In this document: piece by piece, positions 13,701 to 24,203 of the stretch
How the letters are laid out: every line of letters begins with the position of its first letter
Position numbering within the stretch: the stretch's first letter is position 1
DNA from: Haplodiscus bocki
Lineage: Eukaryota
Assembly: GCA_965655095.1 (NCBI GenBank)
Contig: OZ296648.1
Coordinates: 193,874,001 to 193,938,000 of the forward strand
Length of the DNA: 64,000 nucleotides
Reading direction: 5' to 3'
Notes under the pieces: model-generated
What the model was told of the DNA's origin: nothing
The model's database searches: none
What the model saw: the letters and a program-made list of their open reading frames with translations, nothing else
Position numbers and translations under genes: made by a program

Positions 13701-14640
13701 GCCACGTCTGTCACTACCGTAACCTTAAATTTTATGTGCGTCATGGTCTCAGGTTAAAAAACTTCATCTTGTTATTCAGTTTCGGCAAAGCAAGTGGTTG
13801 GGCGATTACATTTCGAAAAACACAGTGATGAGAAAGCAACCATCAAATTAATTTGAGAAAAGTTTTTACAAATTGATGACCAACGCTTGTTTCGGAAAAA
13901 CTATGGAGAATTTGCGCAATCGACGAGAGATCATTTTTGTTAATAACGAGAAACAGGCCCACCAGTGTTTAATGAAGCCCCCTTTCAAATCTATCTAGTT
14001 ATTCATAATGGCTTAGTCTCTGTTTCTTTTACTCCAAGTAGGATTGTCTGGTCAAAACCCACCCCTTAGGAGCTTCGATACTTGATTTGTCCAAACTGTG
14101 TTTATATAAATTTCACTACGACGAAATGAAACCGCCCTTCGGCGACACAGTAAAAGTTTGCTACAAAGCCACTGACTCATTTTTGTAGAGAATCGAAGCT
14201 GGAGACCTGTACTCGAAAATGGCGACCTTCAAGCATCTGTTGGAGTTGTCAGATAATCCCGAAGAACATTTGTTGCACGACGAAACCAACAAAAAGGCAC
14301 CGCTTACCATGACAGATGAATTACAGGAAAACTTTTTGAGTGAAATTGTTTGCCTGATGTCTAAATTATATAGTATTCAGTTCGAAGGGGGCATCAAACA
14401 GAGTGGAAAGGAGGTGCAAAAAAATTTCAAGAATTTGCTGCATCATGATTGATAGAACGAGTGTTTGCTGAAGAAAGGAAGTGTTAAACGGTCCATGACC
14501 CAAATGGGATCCAAAAATCATCAAATTGTTGTCAATCGTGTGCACAAAGTTGCAATGAGCAGTTATGACGACAAACGGTAGTTACTCGATGATGGTGTCA
14601 AGTCGGTCGCATATGGACACTGTCAAATATGCAAAAAATT
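10753..14640 (+). pseudogene. Protein-primed family B DNA polymerase (pPolB) with N-terminal C2H2 zinc fingers, frameshifted
   Basis: Fragments across several frames: CDECHKVF..H, CGHC..LLRHIRIFH, GSGW, SLLNIKNRDD, PFVVYAGLE (exo I), HQCLITG..AHSSCNL, DFHDVYLRT..LDPAHFASAPNLS, FERGNRGGI, FFDVTLYAG (motif A), FYKLMTNACFGKTMEN (motif B), YKATDSF (degenerate motif C), SSYDDKR..AYGH. Confidence 0.92.
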
Positions 14641-14756
14641 AGCAAAGAAGGTTAATGTTAGTTGCTCCAGTGGATATATCTTTTTTCCGGAACCATAATT
14701 GCCAATTTTTTGGTGCTTCTCAGGGTGTTGCGCTTCCTCGATAATCAGTCACAGTG

Positions 14757-15240
14757 ATGATGAGTGACAATGCCACTTCGTGGTACTCAACGAGTGGTTC
14801 CAGTGACACAGGAGAAGACGATACTGATCATTCCTCGGTAGATTTTCAACGTGCAACTCCGCCAACAACTTTACAATCTCTTCTTCAGCAGCCAAGTTTC
14901 AGATTGCTATTAGCTAGAATGTTTTCAATAGAAAATTTTCAATTTTCGAAATTCGGCAATCTGTTAACTTCAGGTGCTCCGGATCCTGGTTTTCATCGAC
15001 CTCACTATTCAGATGTTGATGATGATGATAACGAAAATTTATTGAATTTCACCGCTTTATGAGATGATCGCAGAGGCGGAAGAGGGTCAATCAACTGAAA
15101 TGACTTGCCCATTCATTGACTGGCAAGCCGAAGAGTCGAAATAAGATGATACGCGCGATGACTATAGTATTCTAGGTACCATCGCAAAAACAAGGTGTAA
15201 ACGTGTTCTCTACAGTGATAGCAGTGAGTCTTATAATGGA
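14757..15240 (+). pseudogene. Polinton acidic/Ser-rich ORF of unknown function downstream of pPolB, interrupted
   Basis: ORF 14754-15062 (SGSSDTGEDDTD..DVDDDDNE) continues past a stop with similar composition. Confidence 0.45.
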
Positions 15241-15375
15241 AACTAAGGATACTTTATTCATTCAAACTGGAATTGAATATAACAAATCTTGTATGGAAAA
15301 TTCCATTTACAATGTATGTTGAAGTACCGTATAACTTCGATCTCTGAAACGTTGGTGATTTTGGTAAGGAAGCGT

Positions 15376-15891
15376 TTAATAAAACACTATCTTTGAATGG
15401 AAATTTTTCCTGCTACGCAACAGGGTGAAAACATTTGCCTCGAATTGCATTTGTTTTAGATACTGAGCCATAAACGAACGGTAAAGTCTGTAGAGATTAG
15501 AAATAGGGTTTTGCAAGGGGAAGTTTATTTCGAATCTTTTTATTGACTCCGATGAAAAGCTCGCCAACCGTTTGATCAAAATTTTATATCTTCTGATGGG
15601 CGAACCGAGCGGATCTGAATTGAAAATCAGTATCTCCAATTTGCCGTTGCGCTTTTTTGGTTGATCATCTATCACGATGTATAGCAGTAAAAGCCATTAT
15701 TGCCCAATTTCGTTGAGCGCGGCACTGTTTACTATCTGGTAGGAAAAAATTCTTCGCCTGCCGCAGCATATTCTACCAATTGCCCAATGTCTTGAACCCT
15801 CAAAGAAGTTGTCAGATGAAGCCACAACAACAAACTTACGATTAAGACCAGGATAACTTTCGGCTAGACAGGTTTGGGTGAATTTATCCAT
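15376..15891 (-). pseudogene. Adenain-like cysteine protease (Polinton PRO)
   Basis: MDKF..SSDNF..YQIVNS..GQ*WLLL (catalytic His position mutated), IFNSDPLG, PLQNPISNL (oxyanion Gln, Cys region decayed). Confidence 0.85.
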
Positions 15892-15899
15892 TGGCCGGC

Positions 15900-17291
15900 G
15901 ATGAAGTTTTGAAATATTCCTTGAGTTGTCAATGAAAATTGGACTGAATTTAAAATTAAAATAAAATCCAAGTAAAAATAGTTCGACCGCTTCTGGTAAC
16001 GCTTTGCTGAAAGGCAATTTCAATGTTATGCCTGCGCAGGTCATTTCGGGAAAGAGGGTCAAACTTTTGCTTGCTTCTCTTGTTGAAGTTAGGTCGAACG
16101 CGAGCTGGAAATGGTTAGCCTGATAATCTTCCAAAGTAATTCCGTTACCGCCTCGCTCAAATCCCAAAGCTGTTAAAGTGATGAAGTAGATTCGTCTGTC
16201 CTTTGATGTGTCCAGCGGCGTCCCTGCGATGGGTCAACCATTGCCTCTTAGAAGCTCCATTTCGTGCAAATTAAACTTTTCGTACCTGAAGGGCGTTGAA
16301 GAAGTCGTTGTTCCAGGGAAATATCGATTCCTCACTATGCACAAAGTAAGGCGACGAACAGCTCCCGTACCAAAAAACGTTTTCTTTCGTAAAGCATTTC
16401 TGCTCCGATTGTATGAAGTTTTTTGTTGAATTCTCTATGTACGGATATACTGGGCAACTTTTTTTGAGCGCTCGCTCGATACTAATCTTCACAGAGGCCG
16501 ACGAAACAATCTTGTTGACAAACTGCGAAGTTTTTTCAATTAAAACTACGGGCGGATTTTTATCGCGCACTGATACTTCGGCGTCAATCAAATTGGTCAA
16601 AGTTTCCAGAGCTCAGTGACTTGGAGATCGACAGAAGCGCAAATGCAAAGTCACGCTCGGTATTAGTTAACGTTCGCAATCCAGAAAGTCGACATGTGGA
16701 GCTCCCTATGGGTAAAAAGAAAAATACCATCGCTGTCGAAGTTTTCCATGATTTTATCCTTCAATTCAAGGTTCTGTCTTTGTTTGCTCCATACTGGTAG
16801 CCTGAACAAACAGTCCAAGTCTTTTTGGTAACTGGATATTTGGTCAGTTCCGTCTCAACAAACGCCGCGTGATGATAATTGTTGTTGCTAAAGAAATAAG
16901 TTTTCCATTCAGAAACAATTCAGCATGGGAAAATAGAGAGTTCAGGGTCATGGAAAAATAGAGATTTTAGGGTGTTGTTCGAGAAAAGTACATTGTCTGG
17001 CGTCGCGGCATCTTTTCCGTCTTGGTTGAACATTTTAATTTCCGATCCCAAACAGATCCGATTCAAGTCGCTGTAGTTTTTTTTGTCGGCTATGACAAAA
17101 AAATCAAGCTGAGGCCCCCTGCAACCTATATGTGGAAACACTTCTTGGTCAAATGAAGCTTCATAATTGATTAGTACAGATGGTCGTTGGAATAAGTCGA
17201 GAGCTTTCTTGGTCACTGGATTGTCAATTTCGCTGGAGGATCCAGAAAAGAAGTTTTGATTGCTGCTTGCGGCGCTTGAACCCATCATCAC
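15900..17291 (-). pseudogene. Major capsid protein (double jelly-roll/hexon-like)
   Basis: KKALDLFQRPSV..GPQLDFFV..DLNRI..FSNNTLKSLF N-terminus; VYPY, ENVF; C-terminal GNGITLEDY..HFQLAFDLT..GITLKLPFSKALPEAV. Confidence 0.88.
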
Positions 17292-17409
17292 CACTCACTG
17301 ATTCTGTTTGACTTTTGCCTCTCTTGTAATCTCTTTCTTCCTCAACTAAATGAATGATTTACTGCTTATATTTTGCCGAAGGCAACACCAGCAAGTATAT
17401 CAGACCGAC

Positions 17410-17909
17410 TTCTTCCTACGACTTTTTTTTGCGAGGAATGGTGGTGGTGGTATCTTCCAACGATTTTCCACAGTTCAACGATCCAGGTGACGTGTTGCGC
17501 CCAATGTGCATGTTCGGGTGCCCCGACCTCTCAATGACGCCATCCGTCCGCCTTCGCGCCATTTGCTCGTGTAATTTCAGACATGCTTGCTTTTGTCCTT
17601 TTTGATAGTGAGGCAGCGGTGGAGGCTATGGTTTTCGCAGCAGTCTTTTTGGAAGTTTCGCGCAATACTGCCTTTGCTAGTTTTTACCGCCTATGACGTT
17701 CGTAATTTCGGGCACAAAAGTTGAAAGGTTCTTGCCGAGTTCCTTGACGACAGGCATCGCATATTTTTTGACGAGAAGCATTGCCACCCGCCCCATACGC
17801 ATTGCAAATGCGCCTAGTCCTGACCCAAACTTTCAGGCCCGCGGAACGTCACCATATTGGGTGTTTTAATTGTCTTTTGGTGGATTTCATGATCAAACTG
17901 ATCATCCAT
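17410..17909 (-). pseudogene. Small Polinton core/membrane-active-like protein (FRG..FGSGLG amphipathic helix, basic tail)
   Basis: MDDQFDH..VTFRGP/FGSGLGAFAMRMGRVAMLLVKKYAMPVVKELGKNL, ending in an R/K-rich tail; lies between the minor and major capsid genes. Confidence 0.6.
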
Positions 17910-18199
17910 GTTGCTGTAGTTATTGTTTTGCTAACCTTCCTACCGCTTGACACAACAGATCCTAACGTCTGCCTTTCTCAACAACAGAATAATGATGACA
18001 AAGGCCGGCTATCTTTGTCGAATGTCAAATCAGCGTGGCGGTTTGTCGGAATATCAAATTTTGCTGATAGGCTGAAATTAGAGAGTATATTTTTGAAGAG
18101 GGTAGAGCGTACGACTGCTTCAGTAATATCCGATTAGGTAATTGACATGGCGCAGCGACGAATATAGATGTTAGTCCCACGGATTCCCCTCATTTTGTT

Positions 18200-19200
18200 G
18201 CATTTATTTTACCTGCCTGAATTGTCACGTTATGTTTGTTCGTCCGTAGCTGAGATACGGAATGAGATCGCCTGTTTCACTTCAGAGAGAGATGGTTAAT
18301 GAATGTCTGGAGGCTTTTATAACACGACGCCATTGAAGTTTGTTGAATCTTTTGATGACTCTTTTTACTACTGAGAGACACAGCTCTGAAGAGGGCCGTT
18401 TGTGTGTCTCCCAATATTTCGTTTGGAACCAAGTCACAGTCAACAAACTTTATGTGCAACCCAGCTGTTAGGTCAACTGGATAGTGATCAGTAGCCTCGA
18501 TATTGCCCCTTTCAATCTTTTCAACTTTTTCGCACCTGATTAGCATTCAACATTTTTCAGGCTTTCTTCAGTGGCGTTGTTTTCATCGTGAAATCGGCAA
18601 CAGTCAACTAAGTACTCCCAGCCCAAATTTTTTTCAGGTCTTGAGAAACAGCTTTGAGGAGGAATCTTTTATTTCCTATTTGCTCTCCTTGAACGAAGTT
18701 GAACTTGAGTAACTGCGACGCTTCGCAGGTGTCCCAGTGAAAATATGATTGATCGGCGTCCCACCCAATTGTACTTCAGATTTTGTTTTTCAGGGACTGA
18801 ATGATGGAATTTACAGAGTGGTAATACTAGCCTTTCGTTATTGAGAAAAAATTTCCGGTGCAAATGCGTCTTCCTCAAGCGTTGGTTTTGCTCTTTTTGC
18901 CAGCAACGTGGATCACGCATGGAAACTATGCCGCTATGAGAACGTGGTTTCTTTGCGAAGGAGGCTTTTGAGACCGACCCATTATTTTCCTCCTTGCCTG
19001 CAGGTAGCTGATAAGTGAATAGAACTTCTATTTTCAATCAAGTTTGGCCAAGATACTTCTACTATTGCAACTTCCCATGAACTGTGGAAGAACAACGATT
19101 GTGGTAAGAGTTTTGAATTTGGCTATGGTGTTTGCCGCGAAAGTTGACATCGACGCGTTTGAGATTAAGTTTTTGGTGAAGCTGTAGCTTTCATCTATTT
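18200..19200 (-). pseudogene. Minor capsid protein (penton-like)
   Basis: N-terminal LISNASMSTFAANTIAKFKT..EVAIVE; C-terminal YPVDLTAG..FVDCDLVPNEILGDTQTALFRAV. Confidence 0.85.
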
Positions 19201-19234
19201 TCCTAGCTATTTCATAGTTTGTTGTTTTTCTGAT

Positions 19235-20200
19235 CGTTGTCCTCTTTTTCAAAACACAACAGCTCGCTCTCGTAGAACTTTCCGCGGATCAACTGGTCAT
19301 TGGAGTCTCTCAAAGAATAAGGGGGGCTCAATGTTTGGACTGCTTCAATTCGGAACACCTCTTCAGTGAATTGTATGCGATATCCACAATGAAAGAGGTC
19401 TATTTTGCAGCGAATTCGAACATATTGGCCATTTTTGAACTTTATTTTGCTGATTGGGTTACAGTTTTGTGGAGAAATTAGAAAAACTTCATCGTACTTT
19501 TTGACACAGTTCGGCGCTAGTTTTTTCACGCGGTCAACTCTAGAATGTATAATGCTATTGAATGCCTGAAGTTTGTCAACATAAACTTCGGTGTTGTTTT
19601 CGTGGAGATACTTGAAAAATGAAGCTTTTATCGATCGAATGTTCCTTTCAGCAAACGCCGACTTTGTTTCACTGCAAGTCGGAAAGACGTTAAAGCCGAC
19701 TGTTGGCGAAGGCTAAAAAACTGGCGTGCAAGTTCGCGTCTCTTGTCAACCCAATTGTTTTGCAGTCACGGCGATACAGCGTTAGGGCCTCGGCAATACT
19801 TGGGTTGATATTCTTTGTGGTCACTTTTGACGCTCTCAATGATGTCTTTTAAGGCTTGACGACAGGCGGCTGCTGTTTTTCGTTGGAATGGATTAACCCA
19901 GAGGAAGTGACTAAGTGTATCGACAGCAACAAAAAGGAATGTTATGCCTTGGTTGTATTTAGAGAGTTGCTTCATCTCAGCCAATTCAATCGATCAAGTT
20001 TCCTTGAGTCTCTGACTTTGAATTTTGAGTCGTTTGAAGTTTCTGTGGGCCTGTTTGAATTTTAAGTTTTACTTTTTCTCAGAAAATTTTCGACTTTTTG
20101 TAGGTACAATCTGACTGCAGTTTGAAAGATTTTCGGCTTGCGAAGGAGGCAGGATTTTGACAGGATGTATACAAGTTATGTAGCCTGCTGTAAGTGACTG
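19235..20200 (-). pseudogene. Retroviral-like (c-)integrase of the Polinton
   Basis: LY..NPASFAS, LAEMKQLSKYNQGITFLFVAVDTLS, WVD, SETKSAFAERNIRSIK, KFKNGQYVRI..GYRIQFTEEVFRI..YSLRD..IRGKFYESEL. Confidence 0.92.
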
Positions 20201-20491
20201 TTTCTTGTTTTGCTGGTACCAAACGACGCCTTCTCGTACACTTCGAGCACAAAAAATTGTCACAATTTTGTTTTGTATTCAGAAACATTTGGCAGGCCAC
20301 TACATTTGTATTGAACCCAACCGCACACTTTGCACCAAATGGCAGGATGCTTGTGTGAGCCTTTGCCAACTGGTTTTTAGCACTTCCCACAGGTGTATTT
20401 AGGGCTTTTTGCTCGTGCCTTCCGGTGTTCAACCATATCCTTCACAGCTGCCGAATCGTGGAGAGTTTTTGAGACAATTGAAAGATTCTTT

Positions 20492-20991
20492 GCTCAATAC
20501 AGACGCAGCCATTTGGCGTGCTCATGGCTTTCCTCGGCTGGTTCAAATGGGTTTGTCTCGTCTTCATTTGAGTTACCCCTTATTTCCGATGCTACTTTTT
20601 CAGAAGGTCAACTGGGTACCGTGATTCCTAGAAGGTAAACTGGGATACGCAAACGTCCTACCAAATACAGTGAATTCTCGTTTTTTTTAGTAGGTGTTTG
20701 TATATCAGACAAAAAATCTAAGACTATTGTTCCCGTATCACGATCATGTAGATAGATTCGTCCGCGATTATTGTTGATTGAAACAAGTTCACTTGTGCTC
20801 ATTTTCCGCAAAGTCTGCCGAGCTCGTTCTACTTCACCTCCACTCAACCCGCAAGACAGTAGGTCTGAAATAACATTTTCGGACTCCAGTGCCTTCGCTG
20901 CGTCGTCAGCTTGCTTGACATCTAACCCACGCGTGCTCATGGTCGTCTTCTTGCGTAAGTATGGCTTTTTTGTCCTACTCCTTGATACCAT
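20492..20991 (-). pseudogene. Polinton ORF of unknown function adjacent to the integrase
   Basis: 127-aa open part with G.I..D..LDFLSDIQ..K..LRIP pattern, continuing past one stop to ..KWLRLY*; the pattern resembles an ORF commonly seen beside Polinton integrases. Confidence 0.55.
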
Positions 20992-21039
20992 GGTGCCTCC
21001 TTAAATGTTTGGAGACTGAAAGTTATGTCAAAGCCGGCA

Positions 21040-21250
21040 GTTTCAATCCGTTGGTAGCCGACAGGATTTGTCTTTTTCGCCGAATTCTACGTTTCTACTG
21101 CAAAAGTGCTCAATCATTTTTTTTTGCTTTTTGATGCACTTCCATTCATTTTTATTTGGCCATGGACAATGTTGAAAAGATAGTTGCAGAAAAACTTCAT
21201 ATATTCTTCTGGACAATGTAAAATAAATAAACGTCTTACAATCGGCTTCA
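21040..21250 (-). pseudogene. Small Polinton-type ORF (C..EYMKFFCN.LFNIVHG..KMIEHFCS motif)
   Basis: Alternative frame reads MKPIVRRLFILHCPEEYMKFFCNYLFNIVHGQIKM and shifts at an A-run into MIEHFCSRNV; resembles a recurrent small Polinton protein. Confidence 0.45.
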
Positions 21251-21267
21251 TTTCGACAAAAAATTTT

Positions 21268-21556
21268 AAACGTAAGGAGCTCCTGTTGACTCATTGCTCA
21301 ATCTTTCTTTAGTATTGCTCGATCCTGCAAAGAAAACTGACGGTCCAGATCTGCAGCAATCCGGTACAGCTGATTAGAAAAGTATCAAAATTTCTTTGGT
21401 AATGACCGTAAAGTTGGACCTTTTTTTTTCAAAAGATGGAGTGAAGATTTTGCTTTGATTGCTTAACATATTTGATACTAATTGTGTTTTACCACTTCCA
21501 CAGGGCCCCACAATGGAGATGAAGCAGTGTGGGTTGGTACGAATGCGCTTGTTTAT
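21268..21556 (-). pseudogene. FtsK/A32-like packaging ATPase, internally deleted
   Basis: NKRIRTNPHCFISIVGPCGSGKTQLV (Walker A at ~21486-21509) joined almost directly to the C-terminal CRSGPSVFF; no Walker B region is visible. Confidence 0.85.
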
Positions 21557-21882
21557 GGTTTAGGTTTTGGTACCACGTAACCGATGCAGGTTGACAAGAT
21601 GGTTATAATCCCTATTAGCAATGAACTGTTCTCGGCAAAAGCCAAATAAGCAATGTAAAATAAGACCATCGCACCAATAATGACGTAATGAAAGGAGAAC
21701 ACTGAAAAAGAGCTGTCACCTTGAAGTGTTTCAGAAAAGCAACCGCACTTAAATTGGTAGGGAAGTCTCTCGGTCGAAAGCGAAGCCTTCAGATAAATTT
21801 TATCGGAAGTAGGTGAAGAAATTGTCAACGCAGGTAACTCTAGCGCAACTGACATCGAGATCGGTATATCAAAAATGATCAA
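21553..21882 (-). CDS. Small two-TM membrane protein of the Polinton (intact ORF)
   Basis: 109 aa; CGC, then two hydrophobic helices, then a C-terminal STCIGYVVPKPKP. Confidence 0.6.
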   Translation of the reverse strand: MIIFDIPISMSVALELPALTISSPTSDKIYLKASLSTERLPYQFKCGCFSETLQGDSSFSVFSFHYVIIGAMVLFYIAYLAFAENSSLLIGIITILSTCIGYVVPKPKP

Positions 21883-23690
21883 AACCCAGATTGCTCATAC
21901 ATCTTCCTGTGGAACAACTTCAGATAAAGCCAATAGCTCAAACCAGATAAGTATCCGTGAAGCATATTCTTAACAAAAAGTGGTTTTGCCGTGAGCGCAT
22001 AAACGTAACCGGGACCTACATTATAGTTACTTCTCATGAAACCAAATGCGTCGTGGAAGATTGCAGGCAAACCGAAAATTTTGAATTAATTCAAGAAACT
22101 GTCTATGCTACATTTTCTGGGACCGATTTGTCCACCATGCGGAACGGAGTCATTTATATCATGGAGATTTATGTTTTTGTCTAGACAGTAGCACACTGCG
22201 AGAAAGGGTTTTTTCGCCTTTCTTAGGAAAAGATACTTTACCAGATTGAAGTTATCTTTTTATTGCTGTGCTTCAACATAGTCGCGCATAATTTAAAGTT
22301 TTTCAAAGGCGGCTGCTCAGTTAAACACGTTAATTATAAAAAAGCTTTCACACAAATTGAACGTTCTCATCTATAAAAGTGTATAAGTCGGTCAAATGTA
22401 AAGTTTTCTTATGGCTATTGTCAAATACGGAGTGGGAACATTGAGTGCATTCGAAACGCTGGCATTGAGCATTAGAATAGCCGAGGTCTACGGCAAGAAC
22501 AGTGTTATGATGTGAAACTTTGATGTTTCGAAAACTGCGTTGAAGCAAATTGATGAAATCAATCACACAATCTTTGAAAACTGAATTTGATTTCTGTAGC
22601 TCTGCCAGTCTTTTGCCCAAATAAGACAGACTTTCGGCGTCTTCAATCCAGTCAAACTCAATCTAGCAAGTGCGTTGAAATTCCCAAACCGTTTCGAAGA
22701 TGCATCCCAAGTCTTTGGTTGATTTTGCTTGCAGCTTCGACCTCAGTTTCTTGCTGTGTATGGAAGTTCGGTTGCCACAATGGTTGGCTTCTTGCTCTAA
22801 ACAGTTTCCTGGGCACGATATTTTGAACAATTGGACGCAGCTGTTTCGGACCTTGAGAGGCGTTTTTGCTCGTGTCAAATTGTCAGGTATGCTCTCGTTG
22901 ATAATTTTTTACGCTCCGACAAAAGATTTCAGATAAAGGAAAATGTGGCTGTGATTGATCTCCCTTAATTTTTGAACAAATTTTTCTGTTTCAGCATAAT
23001 TTGCTGGATTGTGGTGTCGTATACTGTATTCACATTGCGTGCTCCCATGCAGAGTTTTTAGGAAGATACAAAGGCTTTTCGGCATTTTTGGTTGTTGAAA
23101 CTCATTGGCATACCTCACAATCTTCAGAGGTAGCCTTTCACCCTCTTCAAGATCGCCTTCTTCAGCAGATGAATATACAAGGTAGTGGAATTGCGAGGGA
23201 ATTTCTCTCGACACACTTGTCATTGCGAAGCTTTGCTTTAAAATGGCCGATCAAAGCAAAGTTTTAGCTTTATCAGTTTACATTGTCAGGTTATGTAATT
23301 TTGAAATTTTCCATTTGAGCGGTTTTTTCCTAAAATGGTTGTTGGTTGCTAGCACAGTTCCAATGCCGTCGTGGCGAGACGGGTTGTGTTCCGCAAGCAT
23401 TGAGTTCTGGTTGTTGAACTGTGCTAGCTGCGATCTGGTTAAACATCAAATTGGTCCTTTCTGTGGGGCATCGAAGATTTTTCGACTCCTCAGAGAAATT
23501 GAACACTAACTTTTTTTGCGTTTTGTGCTTCGTTTGTTAATGATACACGCAGATGATGAACACCAAATGGGTTGTGGATAGGCTGCTGCAGGTTAATTTT
23601 GCATTTCTGATTTTTGCAAACATTATCTCCTTTAAATTCGACCCAAAAATGCCCTTCGTACGCCTGTTTGTCTGTGATCAAGCAGCTGTA
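21879..23690 (-). other. Cluster of unassigned Polinton accessory ORFs/fragments
   Basis: Co-oriented minus-strand ORFs 21879-22070, 22348-22620, 22663-22878, 22909-23223 and 23490-23681 between the TM gene and the right TIR. Confidence 0.5.
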
Positions 23691-23696
23691 AAATTT

Positions 23697-23852
23697 GTCA
23701 CACTAGTAAGCTAGATAAGCCGTCAAAATTGTCATGAAGGTAAACTAAGAGTTGGTAACCTTTCAACATTGAGGAGCAATAATTTGCTCTAACTGGACTA
23801 CCCTAAATGGAAAGAGTCATAAGTCGCTCTAAACCCCCCTTCTATTACTACT
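23697..23852 (-). repeat. Right terminal inverted repeat of the Polinton
   Basis: Reverse complement starts agtagtaatagaagggggg, a typical AGT-repeat Polinton terminus; immediately followed by the GTTATT TSD. Confidence 0.9.
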
Positions 23853-23890
23853 GTTATTACTCGCGAATTGTTTTATGCTTGCCTTTTTAG

Positions 23891-24203
23891 GTCGTTTGAA
23901 CAGCTGGGCGACCAGTACGAACTGGGCAACATGAAACCGGGTTCCACTCACAGGACTGACATCCTCTTCGAGAACAGATCTCAGGCACTCGCAACCCTGC
24001 TTGTCAACTTCCACCAGGACAGGGGATCCACTGTGACTGTTGTCGCACTTAACGGAGTGGAGTTGTCGAACCCTCTGAGCAAGCTGTCGTTTGATACTCA
24101 CGGTTATGTGGATCTAGGAGCTCACATCAATTATCATACTGTCTGCATGACTATTGAAGTGTTCATTCCTACCACGTGGAGGGATACAAAAGCTCAACTG
24201 CAG
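23891..24203 (+). CDS. CEP192: CEP192-like exon, ASH domain
   Basis: ctttttAG acceptor (phase 2, fits the 9475 donor); YELGNMKPGSTHRTDILFENRSQALATLLVNF; donor cag|GTTAGA. Confidence 0.8.

Larger units (their letters stand above)
9901..23852. mobile_element. Polinton/Maverick (adintovirus-like) element, full-length but decayed, inside a CEP192 intron
   Basis: ~155-bp imperfect TIRs beginning AG and ending ACTACT, GTTATT duplicated at 9895-9900 and 23853-23858, and remnants of pPolB, adenain protease, MCP, minor capsid, c-integrase and FtsK-like ATPase. Confidence 0.95.

Noticed and set aside
20608-23223. Host domestication of the intact Polinton accessory ORFs
   Set aside because: Open stretches of 100-130 aa also survive within the clearly dead core genes, so intactness is expected by chance.
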